Counted from the stretch's first letter, positions 10,358-21,353 are shown. The stretch: DNA of 64,000 nucleotides from Candidatus Latescibacterota bacterium (GCA_965223905.1 CBDCXV010000002.1:448001-512000); one strand, 5' to 3'. Translations and numbers: made by a program. The notes: a model not told the origin generated them from the letters alone.

Positions 10358-11116
10358 TCAATCGCGCATGGTGCTTTGCGCGGAAATGAACAGGTCTTCC
10401 ACCAGGTTGGGAACCCGCGGACTCATACCTTGCGCCTGAAGATGCTCCGCCCACGCTTCGAGATAGCCCTCGAACGTCTCATCGACGTTCGCATCCCAGC
10501 AGTTCAGCCGGCCACAGTCGCGCCATAGCGAAGGATCTTCAAGGAACCGATCCAGCAGGGCGATTGCCAGGGTGCGGTTGAGTTCGCGGATGCATGGATC
10601 CTTTTCCATTCTGCCAAGGTTGTCGGTCAGCCAGACTCGAAAATCGCCATCCTCGGGTTGCCGGCAGCCTTGTTCGATCTCCTCGGCGTAGGTCCTGAAG
10701 TTCGGTGCGAACGCTTCTGCGCCGAAAACGCAAATGGGCGGATGATTCTTCCAGAAATCCGCAAGCCGATGCAGCACAAACAGCGACGCCAGCTCGCACA
10801 AGCTCTCTTCGAACCACTTGTGCTTGTGCTCCCTGCGGCGCTCGAAATTGGTCATGACATGGCACAGCTCGTGCGAGAACTGATACACGTACTGACACCA
10901 GTAGGTGTCCCGGGCGGTGATTCTGATCTCGTAACGTCCGTGGCCGTAGAACACTTGAGGCGATTGGTTCCACCAGGCGACGTGAATGGGAGCATCCGGA
11001 TGCTTGTTGAAGGCTTGTACGAGCACCTCGTACGCAGACTCCAGAACCGCGTGTACGGCGGAAAGGCTTGCACCTCCCCAGTTGCCGTTCTCTATCCGCA
11101 ATTGCCCGTGTGACAC
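10358..11116 (-). CDS. Putative zinc metallopeptidase (gluzincin-like)
   Basis: YQFSHELCH (HExxH) plus WFEESLCE; GTG start overlaps the ATPase stop (TAGTG). Confidence 0.7.
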   Translation of the reverse strand: MSHGQLRIENGNWGGASLSAVHAVLESAYEVLVQAFNKHPDAPIHVAWWNQSPQVFYGHGRYEIRITARDTYWCQYVYQFSHELCHVMTNFERRREHKHKWFEESLCELASLFVLHRLADFWKNHPPICVFGAEAFAPNFRTYAEEIEQGCRQPEDGDFRVWLTDNLGRMEKDPCIRELNRTLAIALLDRFLEDPSLWRDCGRLNCWDANVDETFEGYLEAWAEHLQAQGMSPRVPNLVEDLFISAQSTMRD

Positions 11117-12681
11117 TACTCCACCCCGCTGACCTTGGGCGACGCCGGACGAGCGCCATGGGGGCCGCGCTCGCGCGGGCCGAGCATGTTCTGGAAGTCG
11201 ACTATATCGTGGCAGATGTAGTCCCCGGCTTCCAGGTCGGCCCGCTGTTCGGAAGAAAACCGCACCGAATAGAGGGCGAGTTCCCGGCGCCAACGTCGAA
11301 ACCGGCTTCCGCTGTCCGACCCGAGAAACAGATCCACCTGCTCGCGGAAGGCGTTGAGCGACAGAGGATCGTGCCTTGCCGCATTGCGTTTGCACGAGCC
11401 GAAGCGGACGACTCGGTCTTCCTCGTTCCATGCGATGAGGTCGACCTCGATCGACACATTGGTTCGCCGTGGCCTGTTCCAATAGCCTTTGACGCGATCC
11501 GAAACAGGGAAGTCGCCACCCGCGCGTGACCCCGCCTCGGTCGCCTCCCGTACCATTCGTTCGAAGGCGAAACCTTCAAGGGTGCGCAGCCGGGCAGTCA
11601 GGCGCTTCGCAACTCTTGATACGGGCTCGATTCGGGCGGCCTGGCAGGCGGGGTGAATGACGCTCAGCCATGCGAGAAGAAAGGGGTCCGAAACAGCGTA
11701 GCGGGCGCGGCGCCGGCGTTCTCCGAAAATCGGGTCCTGTTTCTCAACCAGCCGAAGTTCCTGTCCAAGGGTTTTCAGATACGGTCCCAGCGAAAGTTCA
11801 GGCGCGGATTCCTGCAATTCGGTGTGAGTGCAGGGCCCCCGCTCGGCGATTACGCGAAGCAGCGCAACGTAGTTGCGGCGCAACTCGCGGCCGAGCAGAC
11901 TCTCCCCCTCCTCGCGCAACGGCGAGTCCGAACGAAGGAACAGCCACTCGCACACCTGCTGGGCCCAGGGTGTCCACTCGGGAATACCATGGAGGTCGAC
12001 GTCCTGCTCGGCGTAGTGGCGCCAGTACTTCGGTACCCCGCCGAAGAGGGTCCACAACGTCAGGCACCGGGGGGGGTCGGCTGCACCGTGCTCGCGGCAC
12101 ACCTCGAACACGGTCGCGAGATCCCAGGGATCGAGGGAGATGTCGAATGTCGTGCGCCCGAACAAGGGCGCGCGCCGATCATTGAGCAAAGCCTCCATCT
12201 CTGTCTGGACAGAGCCCAGGAGGATCAATCCACCGGTCGTGTCCAGATCCTGGAGCTTGTCGACTTCGGCCTGAAGCAGTGAGGGAAAGCCACGGAGCGG
12301 ACCGCCGTGGCAGGTCTGGAACTCGTCCAGTATTACCACCCCACCGGCGGAACACAGCGATCCCACCGCCCTGGCCACTCCTGGAAGACCCCGGGTGGCG
12401 CTCGACTCATCCAGATGGCGTTCGAGCCCCGCTTCCCGTACGGCGTTCCGGAACACAGTGGCAAAATCCGCAGGCGTACTGTCCGGCAACTGGACGAGAA
12501 GGCAGGGAACTTCGTTGGGCTCGTCCTCCTCCAGGACTCTGAGCGCTTGCTGGACGAGGGCGGTCTTGCCGACCCTGCGACGCCCCCGGATGGTTCCGAA
12601 GAACCATCTACGCTGGCGCAACCGGGCCAACAGGCTGCCCAGTTCGTCCGTGCGTCCGTAAAAGGTCCATGGTCCCTGCAT
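11116..12681 (-). CDS. Archaeal-type AAA ATPase with wHTH and C-terminal DUF234/PD-(D/E)xK-like domain
   Basis: FYGRTDEL, GRRRVGKT Walker A, ILDEFQ Walker B, FGGVPKY, EVDLIA...GSCK. Confidence 0.85.
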   Translation of the reverse strand: MQGPWTFYGRTDELGSLLARLRQRRWFFGTIRGRRRVGKTALVQQALRVLEEDEPNEVPCLLVQLPDSTPADFATVFRNAVREAGLERHLDESSATRGLPGVARAVGSLCSAGGVVILDEFQTCHGGPLRGFPSLLQAEVDKLQDLDTTGGLILLGSVQTEMEALLNDRRAPLFGRTTFDISLDPWDLATVFEVCREHGAADPPRCLTLWTLFGGVPKYWRHYAEQDVDLHGIPEWTPWAQQVCEWLFLRSDSPLREEGESLLGRELRRNYVALLRVIAERGPCTHTELQESAPELSLGPYLKTLGQELRLVEKQDPIFGERRRRARYAVSDPFLLAWLSVIHPACQAARIEPVSRVAKRLTARLRTLEGFAFERMVREATEAGSRAGGDFPVSDRVKGYWNRPRRTNVSIEVDLIAWNEEDRVVRFGSCKRNAARHDPLSLNAFREQVDLFLGSDSGSRFRRWRRELALYSVRFSSEQRADLEAGDYICHDIVDFQNMLGPRERGPHGARPASPKVSGVE

Positions 12682-12831
12682 TTCTTACAAGATAATTTTT
12701 TTTACTTAATAGGCAAGGCGGGTGGTGGGACAGCGCACAGGGATCCAGAGCAGGCGCGCGAGAGGGGGATCCCGGCCATACTGATGAAGGGCGCAACTTC
12801 GAGCTGCTGCGGCACGAGGCGGCGGCAGAGA

Positions 12832-13998
12832 TCAGGGGCGCTCGGGGGCCGGAACCCAACCGCGCTCCTGCCGCCAGTCCGGCCCGACGTCGGCAAACCG
12901 GCCCAGCCCGAGGCCGCTGATGTCGATGCTTGACTCGCCGTGGAGCACCAGATCGCTGACCACCTTGCCCGTGGCGGGGGTGATGCCGAATCCATGGGCC
13001 GACGCGGTGACGACCACGTAGTTGCCCGGCCGGTCCGGGATGCCGATGACGGGCAGATAGTCGGGGGCCTGTTCCACCACCCCGGCCCAGCTCCGGATTA
13101 CCGGTACGTCCGCGGCTCCCGGAAGCAGCTCGGCGAGCCGCCTGGCGATGTTCCTGATGAGGGGGGTGTTGGGCTTGTCGGGATCGGCGGTCAGGCCCAC
13201 GTCGGTCCATTCGTGGGGCCCTCCCCCGAATAGGAGGTTGCCCCTTGCGGCCTGGCGCCCGTAGAGACCGTTGCCGACAAGGGCGATCCTGAAGAGCGGC
13301 TGCAGGGGAGCGGTGGCCAGCATCTCCACCCTTGCCGGCGCCACGGGGACGTGAACCCCCACCATCTCCGCCAGCAGACCGGTCTGCGGCCCCGCGGCGC
13401 CGACCACCACCTCGGCTTCGATGGCGCCCGCGGTCGTCTCCACCGAAGAGACCCTCCCGCCGGCGACATGGATGCCGGTGACCGCGGTGTTCTGGTAGAG
13501 CCTGCCCCCCAGGTCCTGAAAAGCCCACGCGAATGCCTGGACCGTCCGCTGCGGATTGGCGTGACCGCCATTGGGGTAAAAGATCCCGCCGAGGGTCCTT
13601 TCGGTGATCCCGGGAACCAGGTCACGTATCTCCGAAGGGTCCACCACCTCTACGCTGATGCCGTGGCGCAGCGCAACGTCCCGCTCCAGGAGGAGCTCGC
13701 CCATCTCCTCTTCCGTCACGGCGACCTGGAGCCTGCCCTCCTGTATGAACTCGATGGGATACCCCAGCTCATCGTCCAGCGCCGCCCATAATTTCAAGGA
13801 CTCTACGGCCATCGGTATCAGCGGCGGCTCGTCGACCCGCTCGCTGATCATCCCGCCGTTTCGGCCGGAGGCCTCGCTTCCGACGGTTCCCTTCTCGATT
13901 ACCGCGACGTCCTTGCCCGCCCTGGCCAGGAACCAGGCCGCGCTCAGGCCCGAGACGCCAGCCCCGATGACGACTACGTCCGCGCTGTCGACAGTCAT
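12832..13998 (-). CDS. FAD-dependent oxidoreductase (DAO / sarcosine oxidase beta-like)
   Basis: VVVIGAGVSG, ASGRNGG, HGFGITPATG. Confidence 0.9.
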   Translation of the reverse strand: MTVDSADVVVIGAGVSGLSAAWFLARAGKDVAVIEKGTVGSEASGRNGGMISERVDEPPLIPMAVESLKLWAALDDELGYPIEFIQEGRLQVAVTEEEMGELLLERDVALRHGISVEVVDPSEIRDLVPGITERTLGGIFYPNGGHANPQRTVQAFAWAFQDLGGRLYQNTAVTGIHVAGGRVSSVETTAGAIEAEVVVGAAGPQTGLLAEMVGVHVPVAPARVEMLATAPLQPLFRIALVGNGLYGRQAARGNLLFGGGPHEWTDVGLTADPDKPNTPLIRNIARRLAELLPGAADVPVIRSWAGVVEQAPDYLPVIGIPDRPGNYVVVTASAHGFGITPATGKVVSDLVLHGESSIDISGLGLGRFADVGPDWRQERGWVPAPERP

Positions 13999-14003
13999 GA
14001 TAC

Positions 14004-15536
14004 CTACCCCAGCACCTGGTTCGTCGGGCTGAACCACTTGGCCCAGTCCCTGCGCACCTGCTCCGCCTCTTCGTGGGGCCACATGACCTTCAGCGGCAGC
14101 GGCCTTACAGGCGCCCGGTAAGACATCGGGGGCACTTCGGATATGTCGGTGCCGGACTCCCCGGCAAGCAGCAGGGACACTTGCTCGCGGCAACGCCGGC
14201 CCTGGCAGTGGCCCATTCCGGCCCTTGTCAGGCGCTTGACCTGGTCCGGGTTGACGGGGCCATCCTTCACCTGGGTCCGGAGGCTCCGGCGACTCATCTG
14301 CTCCGATCCCCATTCGAGGTACCGCGGCGGCTGCAGGCCGATGAGCTCGGCGCGCGTGACCTCCTCGCACTGGCACGCGAAGACATCCAGGCCACCGGCG
14401 TTGACGAGGGATTGAAGCCATTTCTTCCAGCCGGTGTGCACCTCGGCCGGTGTTGCGGTGACGGCCCCGGCCTGGATCTGGGACCTCCGGGCGAGGGCCT
14501 CCGGGTTGTCGATTGCGCCCAGCGACTCGGCAGCGGCCACTCCGGCGAGGCGGCCCTGATTCCGTGCCATCCCGGGGTCCAGGATCATTCCGTCGTGGAA
14601 GCCGGCGGCGTCGCCCGCCACGAACACGGTGTCGACGCTGGTCCGCATCCAGTCGTCGTGGACCGGCACGTACCCGCCGAGCTCGGACTTGAAGGTGAGG
14701 TCGCAGTCGAGGAGACCGAGGAGCTCCACGTTGGGCACCAGGCCGATGGCGAGGCACACGGTGTCGGCGGCAATAACCTTTTCGGAGCCGGCCACCGGCT
14801 CGTTGTCGCCGTCGATCCCGACCAGCACGACGGACTCGATATCGCCGGCCTTGCCGGAGGCTTCCTTGACGGTGTGGGAGGTGAACAGCTCTACGCCATC
14901 CCCCTGCAAGCCCGCCATGAGGGACTCGTCGCCCCGGGCGGAGGAGGACACGTCCACGACCGCGGCTACCTCTACGCCTCTATCCAGCGCCATCCTTGCG
15001 GTGTTGAGGCCCAGGTTGCCCGAGCCCATGACCACCATGCGCCGCGAGCTCAAAGCCTGGTATCGACTCATCAGCGAGCAGGCGCCGTTGGCTCCCATTG
15101 CGCCGGCCATGTTCGACCCGGCAAAAGACAGGCCCAGGTCCCGGGAGCCGGCTGCCACGATCAGCCGGTCGTACTTCACGACCCACGACTGCCTGTCGTC
15201 GGCGAGGCCGAGCTGCGGGCCGTCGAGGACCCTGCTGGTTCCGGTATTGCGAAAGGCACCCCACACACACGTCCCGAGCTGGACGTCGACGCCGGCTTCC
15301 TCCGCCTCCGCCAGAGCGTCGTTGGCCGCGGCCACCCTCTCGAGCATCACGGCCTTGTCGGGCAGCGTGCCCAGGGTCCGTTGGCCGAAGAGCTGAGGTG
15401 CGTCCAGCCCCATCATGGACAGGCCGACGGGGTTCTCGTCGATGAGCGTGACCTGCACTCCGGCCTTGGCCGCTTCGATGGCGGCGGCCGTCCCCGATAC
15501 CCCCGCCCCCACGACCACCAGTGGTTTGGATTCCAT
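14004..15536 (-). CDS. FAD/NAD(P)-binding oxidoreductase with BFD-like Cys cluster (HcnB/opine oxidase A-like)
   Basis: VVVGAGVSG, FVAGDAAG, CQCEEVT, KRLTRAGMGHCQGRRC, RAPVRP. Confidence 0.88.
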   Translation of the reverse strand: MESKPLVVVGAGVSGTAAAIEAAKAGVQVTLIDENPVGLSMMGLDAPQLFGQRTLGTLPDKAVMLERVAAANDALAEAEEAGVDVQLGTCVWGAFRNTGTSRVLDGPQLGLADDRQSWVVKYDRLIVAAGSRDLGLSFAGSNMAGAMGANGACSLMSRYQALSSRRMVVMGSGNLGLNTARMALDRGVEVAAVVDVSSSARGDESLMAGLQGDGVELFTSHTVKEASGKAGDIESVVLVGIDGDNEPVAGSEKVIAADTVCLAIGLVPNVELLGLLDCDLTFKSELGGYVPVHDDWMRTSVDTVFVAGDAAGFHDGMILDPGMARNQGRLAGVAAAESLGAIDNPEALARRSQIQAGAVTATPAEVHTGWKKWLQSLVNAGGLDVFACQCEEVTRAELIGLQPPRYLEWGSEQMSRRSLRTQVKDGPVNPDQVKRLTRAGMGHCQGRRCREQVSLLLAGESGTDISEVPPMSYRAPVRPLPLKVMWPHEEAEQVRRDWAKWFSPTNQVLG

Positions 15537-15619
15537 GCGAGGTCCCTCCCGTCGACCCGGAGGCCTGTTCTGCGTCACATGTGCCTGGATGAATGGATGT
15601 GGATCCTGCCCGGAGTGGC

Positions 15620-16681
15620 CTAGGCGACTCTTCGCGGCGATGGGATCCGGGCCGGCAGGGCGCCGCCCAGGGCCTTGATGTAGTCGGCGCCGAATCCACA
15701 GCAGGTGCCTATGACCTGGGCTCCCATTCCGACCCAGCGGGCGGCCTCCCGCGTCAACTCCTCCGCGGTCTCCTCGTTGGCAACGCTGCTGTCCTGCCAG
15801 GTCTCCAGGTAGTCCTCCCGGCCCGCGTCCGGATAGGCGGCCATCGGGCCGGACCATTGGTCGCGCATGACCTGAAGCGCCGCGGCGGTGGCATCTATCC
15901 TGCTGTGGAACACGCCGAGCAGGTCGGGCTTCAGGGGCGTGATCTCGGCGATGCCTTCGGCCAGGGTCATGGTATAGTCGACCGTCCGCCAGCTCGAAGT
16001 CCACATCGGCATCCCCATGCCGACAGCATAGTGACGGTCGTCAGCCAGGCTCATCCTGACCGTCTGCCCGTCCGGCGCCATGGAGGCGGTGAATCCCACC
16101 CACACCGGCAGTCCCGTGGCCTTGGCCGCCTCGGTGGCAACCACCCTGGACTCGTTGTCGGCCCACATGTTCTCCATCAGGAGGAAGTCCACCCCGGACT
16201 CGGCCAGGATATCCGCCTGCTCGCCGGCGTAGACCCTCAGCTCCTCCGCCGAGATGCTGGCGCCATACCCGTAGCCGGTGCCGCCCAGGAGGGTTCCGGT
16301 CCTGCGGTCGCGGATGGGGATCCGGCACGAGATGGAGCCGGCGATGTACACGGACCGGTCGCCGCCGGCCCGGTCTCTGGCCTCCAGCGCCGCGTCCACG
16401 GCCCGCGTGTTTATCTCCCTCACCAGCTCGCTGTACCCGGACGCCTCCAGAGCGGGGCGCAGGGTGCTGAAGGTGTTGGTGGTTATGATGTCGGCACCCG
16501 CCCTGATGTAGCGCTCGTGCATCTGCCGCACCGTCGCCGGGTGGGTGTAGTTGCCGGGGCCGCACCACGAGGCAGGGTGCATGGGCACGCCCATGGCCTG
16601 GAGCTCCGTTCCGATGGCCCCGTCCAGGACGATCACTTCACCCTGGTCCATGCGGCTCTTCAAGTTCTCATAGTTGGCCAT
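15620..16681 (-). CDS. Homocysteine S-methyltransferase family protein
   Basis: LDGAIGTEL, HERYIRAGADIITTNTF, IGTCCG. Confidence 0.9.
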   Translation of the reverse strand: MANYENLKSRMDQGEVIVLDGAIGTELQAMGVPMHPASWCGPGNYTHPATVRQMHERYIRAGADIITTNTFSTLRPALEASGYSELVREINTRAVDAALEARDRAGGDRSVYIAGSISCRIPIRDRRTGTLLGGTGYGYGASISAEELRVYAGEQADILAESGVDFLLMENMWADNESRVVATEAAKATGLPVWVGFTASMAPDGQTVRMSLADDRHYAVGMGMPMWTSSWRTVDYTMTLAEGIAEITPLKPDLLGVFHSRIDATAAALQVMRDQWSGPMAAYPDAGREDYLETWQDSSVANEETAEELTREAARWVGMGAQVIGTCCGFGADYIKALGGALPARIPSPRRVA

Positions 16682-16829
16682 GGCCTGATCCTCCGATATG
16701 GCTCGGCATTTTATCCGGCGTTCCCCATTGTCGAGCTGCCTGGGTCCAGACAACGCACGAGGCTGCAAGCCGCCATGGTAGATTTGCTCACGAGTACCGT
16801 CAACAACCAAATCGAGCTCATAAAAATTC

Positions 16830-17128
16830 AACGCGGTTGGTGGGACAGTGACGGCTACGCCGACCGCGGACAGATGTTTGCGCGGTGGCTCGAAGAGTGG
16901 CCGGAAACCGGCCTGGACATGGCATCGCTGGCGAGGTGGTACCGCTCCGAGATGGACCGGCAGGTGAAGCCCGACATGGAGGTCAACGGATTCCTTGCCC
17001 AGCTCAACGAGCGACGGGTGCCCTGGGGCATCGTCACAAACGGCAGGACGAGCCAGCACGGCAAATGCCGGGCCGCGGGCCTGGACCGGCTCGCTCCCTT
17101 CATCATCTCCCTGCGGCCAATGGTCTGA
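16830..17128 (+). pseudogene. HAD-family hydrolase internal fragment
   Basis: WGIVTNGRTSQHGKCRAAGLD...IIS resembles HAD motif II region; lacks motif I and C-terminus. Confidence 0.55.
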
Positions 17129-17183
17129 AACTCGTCTCGAGGTGGCCTGGTCCACATTTTCCCTGAATAGGAGGTATATCAAA

Positions 17184-18008
17184 ATGGATTTCTTTCAACT
17201 AACCGAGGCTCAACGCCGGGGCATGGATACGGATGGTTTTCTAGTTATCCCGCAAGCTATCGATGCCGAGACTGTCGCCGGAATGACTGAAGCAGCGGAC
17301 CGAATAATGGCATCATTCACGGACGATCCGAAAAGGGGCTATCTGCAACTTCGAGAAGGTATCGTTCAGGAAGAAGCTTTCGACCCGCTCATCTCAAACC
17401 CGGCTACCGTTTCCCGGGTCGTTCAGTTGCTCAGTCCCAATATCCATCTCCACACAGCTTCGCTTCTCTACAAGAAGCCCCAACCTCCTGACACAACGCC
17501 CGCCTCCCGCGGCTGGCACCGCGACATCGGTATTGCAGAAGACCTTGGACATCAAGGTCTGCCGCGAATTGGAATAAAGGTCTGCTACTGTTTGACGGAC
17601 TTTCCAGAGCCTGATTCCGGTATGACCTTGATGGCACGCGGAAGCCACCTGAACGGCGGGCCGTTGGCAATTCCCAAGGGCGAGCCCGACCCGCCGACAG
17701 TGGTCGATCCGTGTTTGCGCGCCGGGGATGCCGTCTTGTTTGAAAACCGTACGTTCCACACTGCAGCGCCCAATCTGAGCGATTCCACCTCAAAGGCGAT
17801 AATCTACGGTTACGCCTATCGGTGGATGAAGGTCGATGTCAACCTCGATTCACCGGATGAACGGGTACTGGAACGGGTAGACGACGATATCGACAGACAG
17901 CTATTAGGTGCATACCGGGATGTCGATACATCGTCCCAAGCCCTGATAGACTGGGCGGAACACTACGGTGTCAGTCCGGAACGCATGCCTTGGGTTGTCG
18001 AGGTGTAA
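17184..18008 (+). CDS. Phytanoyl-CoA dioxygenase (PhyH) family protein
   Basis: DGFLVI, WHRD, GSH, AGDAVLF...FHTA; RBS AGGAGG. Confidence 0.9.
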   Translation: MDFFQLTEAQRRGMDTDGFLVIPQAIDAETVAGMTEAADRIMASFTDDPKRGYLQLREGIVQEEAFDPLISNPATVSRVVQLLSPNIHLHTASLLYKKPQPPDTTPASRGWHRDIGIAEDLGHQGLPRIGIKVCYCLTDFPEPDSGMTLMARGSHLNGGPLAIPKGEPDPPTVVDPCLRAGDAVLFENRTFHTAAPNLSDSTSKAIIYGYAYRWMKVDVNLDSPDERVLERVDDDIDRQLLGAYRDVDTSSQALIDWAEHYGVSPERMPWVVEV

Positions 18009-18304
18009 AAAACCTACTTGATCGATTTCGGAACACTGGGGCCAGTACGGGCCTGGCGCGGTCGGCGTCGGCTGGGAACTGGGGCTCATGGGACTCGCGA
18101 TCCATCTCGCGCAACCGACCGGGCCGAAGCCGGACGAAGCCGCTTTTGCCGCTTCACCGGACGGCAGGGGGTTCATCCGAATCGGCCGAGCCTGCCTGAT
18201 GCACGAGCCCTTCGAGCGCGTTCAGCACAGAACTCCTGGAACGCGGCCGCGGCGTCGCTGATGTGCAAGACCGACTGGCCTGCTACCACCACGCTCGTGC
18301 AACG

Positions 18305-19342
18305 ATGTCGATCCTGACGGGAAGAGCCAGTGACTTCCTGAAGATCGCTGCGGCTGCCGCGGGGCGCGGCGACCTCCGGACGGTCCAGGATGTACTGGCG
18401 CTGAAGCCTGCCTGGATCCGCCGCGCAGGTTCCCACGGCCGCACCATGTTGTGGGAAGCCGCGTACCGGGGACGGCTCGCCATGGTCGATTTTCTGCTCG
18501 ACCGGGGCGCTGACATCGACGCCTGCGGCTGCCACTTCACGCCGCTGCTGGTCGAAATCTCCCCCTGCTGCGCCGCCCGTTACAAGCGACACCCCCCGGT
18601 CGCCGACCGTCTGCTGGAACGCGGTGCAGCGACCGATATCTACACCGCCGCTTTTCTCGGCGAAAGCGATGCGGTCGCCGACTGCCTGGACCGGCAACCG
18701 GGGCTGGCAACAGCCGAGAAAGCGCAGCACGATTCCAGCCGGCCCATGACGGTCCTTCACTACGCCGTCAGCGGCGGGCACCTTCCCATCGTCGCGATGC
18801 TGTTGGCGTGCGGCGCCGATCCGCGGCCGTACAGCGGCTGCCTGATCCGCTTTGCCGTATGGCGGGATCGCCCCGGCATCCTGAAAGCCCTGCTCGACGC
18901 CGGGGCGGATCCGACCCGGGCCGAGGTCCCTCGCGCCGGCATCGTCAATGCGGGAATCGTCGAACTGTTGGCCGCTCGCGGCGTCGCAGTGGATGTGGAC
19001 CACGCCGAGGGTGGTTGGCCGCCCCTTGTCTTTCAGTCGCGCGGCGACCGAGGCGGCAACGTCCAACGCGTCCGCGACCTGCTCGACCGGGGCGCCCATG
19101 TCAATGTCAGGAACCACAAGGGCCAGACCGCATTGCACTGTGCCGCCAAAGCGGGATTCGACCGAATCGTTGCCCTGCTGCTCGACCGGGGGGCCGAGGT
19201 GCACGCCAAGGACGACAACGGCGCAACGCCGCTGGCGATGGCCTTGCGCTCAAAGGTGAAAGACAAGGATCGGCTTGCGGTCGTCCTCCGCCTGCTCACC
19301 GAGGCAGGCGGCGATGACGGCGCTGACAACCCGAAGCGGTAG
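18305..19342 (+). CDS. Ankyrin repeat protein
   Basis: Multiple ANK motifs: GRTMLWEAA, TVLHYAV, GQTALHCAA, GATPLAMA. Confidence 0.9.
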   Translation: MSILTGRASDFLKIAAAAAGRGDLRTVQDVLALKPAWIRRAGSHGRTMLWEAAYRGRLAMVDFLLDRGADIDACGCHFTPLLVEISPCCAARYKRHPPVADRLLERGAATDIYTAAFLGESDAVADCLDRQPGLATAEKAQHDSSRPMTVLHYAVSGGHLPIVAMLLACGADPRPYSGCLIRFAVWRDRPGILKALLDAGADPTRAEVPRAGIVNAGIVELLAARGVAVDVDHAEGGWPPLVFQSRGDRGGNVQRVRDLLDRGAHVNVRNHKGQTALHCAAKAGFDRIVALLLDRGAEVHAKDDNGATPLAMALRSKVKDKDRLAVVLRLLTEAGGDDGADNPKR

Positions 19343-19510
19343 GGCTGCTCCCTGCGTCATGGCCGGGCAGGGCGCAGGTCGCCGGATTCGTCCCCTTCCA
19401 TACCATCATCGCCTTGATTGAAGGCCAAAAAAGGGGCCTTATCTTCCTGGCACCTCGTTGGCGGCCCTGTTTGCGAGGTGTGTGGGGCGCGCCGAACCAT
19501 GGAGACTGAG

Positions 19511-20099
19511 ATGAACCTTACCCGAATTGGCCTGCTCGCCGCGGTTGGGAGCCTCGTGCCCGCCGCCGTCTGCGCGGGGCAATCGATCGATGACGCGAGG
19601 ACCGCTTTTTCAGAGGGCCGTTTTCTAGACGCGGCCGGTCTCGGCGAGGCGGTCGGGACTTCTGAAGGCTACGCCCTGCCGGTACGCGCAGACCATCGGC
19701 ACGATGAAGGCGCTTCGCGAAGGTATCGGGGGCAAGACCCGCGATTTGTTCGAAGCGACCCTTGCCCGCGATCCCGCCTTCGCCAGGGCCTATCTGGCCC
19801 TCGGCGGCTGGCACGCCGACATCGTTTCCCGTGCCGGACGCCTGATGGCCCGGGCCCTGTACGGGGCAACCCGGAAGAAGGCGGTGGAGAATCACGAACG
19901 TGCCCTGGTACTGGCACCGGAGTCGAAGGTGGTGCTGCTGGAGTATGCGCTCAGGCTCCCGGAGCTCGACCGCAAGGGGGGCAGGGAACGGGCCAGGGAA
20001 TTGCTGTCGAAGGCGGTCGAAATACCGGTGCGGGATGCCTACGACGGCTTCATCCAACAACGGATAGTGGCGGAACTGGCGGCCCTGGAGGCCGAATAG
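19511..20099 (+). pseudogene. Secreted TPR-like protein broken by internal deletion/frameshift
   Basis: Signal peptide and N-terminus in frame from 19511; TPR-like helices (ARDPAFARAYLALGGWH) continue in another frame from about 19680. Confidence 0.65.
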
Positions 20100-20252
20100 C
20101 CCAAGCTGCCCGAGCTGCGGAAGTCACCGCGCTGCGTTGTGGCATTGCGCCGTGACATTCGAGGCCTTCGCCGGTAGGGGGCAGGCGCGCCCCTTCGCCT
20201 GAGCCGGCGTCGAGTTCGCCCCCGACCTGCCAGGTTCGTGCGCCAGGCTCCC

Positions 20253-21353
20253 CTAGGCCACCGCGTATTGCCGCAGGGCTTCCTGGTCGAAGGCCAGTCC
20301 CAGCCCGGGTTTGTCGGGAACCTCCAGGCAGCCCTCGATGAAATCGGGCGTTTCCTCCCACAGGCGCAGCGACCAGGGCATGTACTCCACCGTCAGGCCG
20401 TTGGGGATGGCCGCCATCAGCTGGATGTGGATCTCGGGCACCAGGTGGCTGACCACCGGCAGGTTGAAGGCCTCGGCCATCGCCGCCACCTTGCGCCACG
20501 GGGTGATTCCGCCGACTCGAAACAGGTCGATCATCACGATGTCCGCGGAGCCGTTCTCGATCATCTGCCGGAAGGGATTGATGCCGTAGACGTACTCCCC
20601 CGCGGCGATGGGGGTGAAAAGCGCGTCGGCGACCTTGGCCATGCCCTGGTAGTCGTCGTGGGCCACCACGTCTTCCAGCCAACAGAGGTGGTACTCCTCG
20701 ACACGGCGGCCCACGTCGATGGCCCGGTTGACGCTCCACGCCTGATTGATGTCGCACATCAGGTCGATGTCGTCCCCCACGGCATGGCGGAGCGTGCGGA
20801 TGCGCTCCACCTCGCGGCTGGCGGAAGCCTCGCCGCCCATCTGGGTCTTCATCTGGCGGAACCCCTTTTCCACCAGCATCGGCCCGATCTCGGCCAGGCG
20901 CTCGGCGCTTACCGGTCGCATCAGGGCGCCGCTGGCGTAGGTGGGGACGCGCCGGCGATAGCCGCCCAGCAGCGACGCCACCGATTGCCCCAGCGCCTTG
21001 CCCTTGATGTCCCAGAGAGCCATGTCCACCGCGGCCAGGGCCATCGCCAGCAACCCGCCGGGTCCGGCTCCCGAGGCAGCCTCCGTGAGCCGCTCCACGA
21101 TGCCCTCGATTTCCATGGGGTCCTCGCCGACGGTCATCCCGGCCAGTGCGTCCACCGACATCCGCAACGCCCCGTCGAGGGGACCGATCTGAAGGGCGGG
21201 AATGAAGGTGAGCCCGACGCCATCCACCCCTTCGTCGGTGGTCAATTCCAGCGTAACCATGGCCCGCCGCAGGCCGGTGTCGGGCAGGCTGTTGGCCAGA
21301 GGCTCATCCGCGGGAACGTGCACGAGGCGAGTCTGGAAACCGGCGATCTTCAT
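20253..21353 (-). CDS. Mandelate racemase/muconate lactonizing enzyme family protein
   Basis: AAVDMALWDIKGK, LMCDINQ, WLED, AAGE, GLGL. Confidence 0.92.
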   Translation of the reverse strand: MKIAGFQTRLVHVPADEPLANSLPDTGLRRAMVTLELTTDEGVDGVGLTFIPALQIGPLDGALRMSVDALAGMTVGEDPMEIEGIVERLTEAASGAGPGGLLAMALAAVDMALWDIKGKALGQSVASLLGGYRRRVPTYASGALMRPVSAERLAEIGPMLVEKGFRQMKTQMGGEASASREVERIRTLRHAVGDDIDLMCDINQAWSVNRAIDVGRRVEEYHLCWLEDVVAHDDYQGMAKVADALFTPIAAGEYVYGINPFRQMIENGSADIVMIDLFRVGGITPWRKVAAMAEAFNLPVVSHLVPEIHIQLMAAIPNGLTVEYMPWSLRLWEETPDFIEGCLEVPDKPGLGLAFDQEALRQYAVA

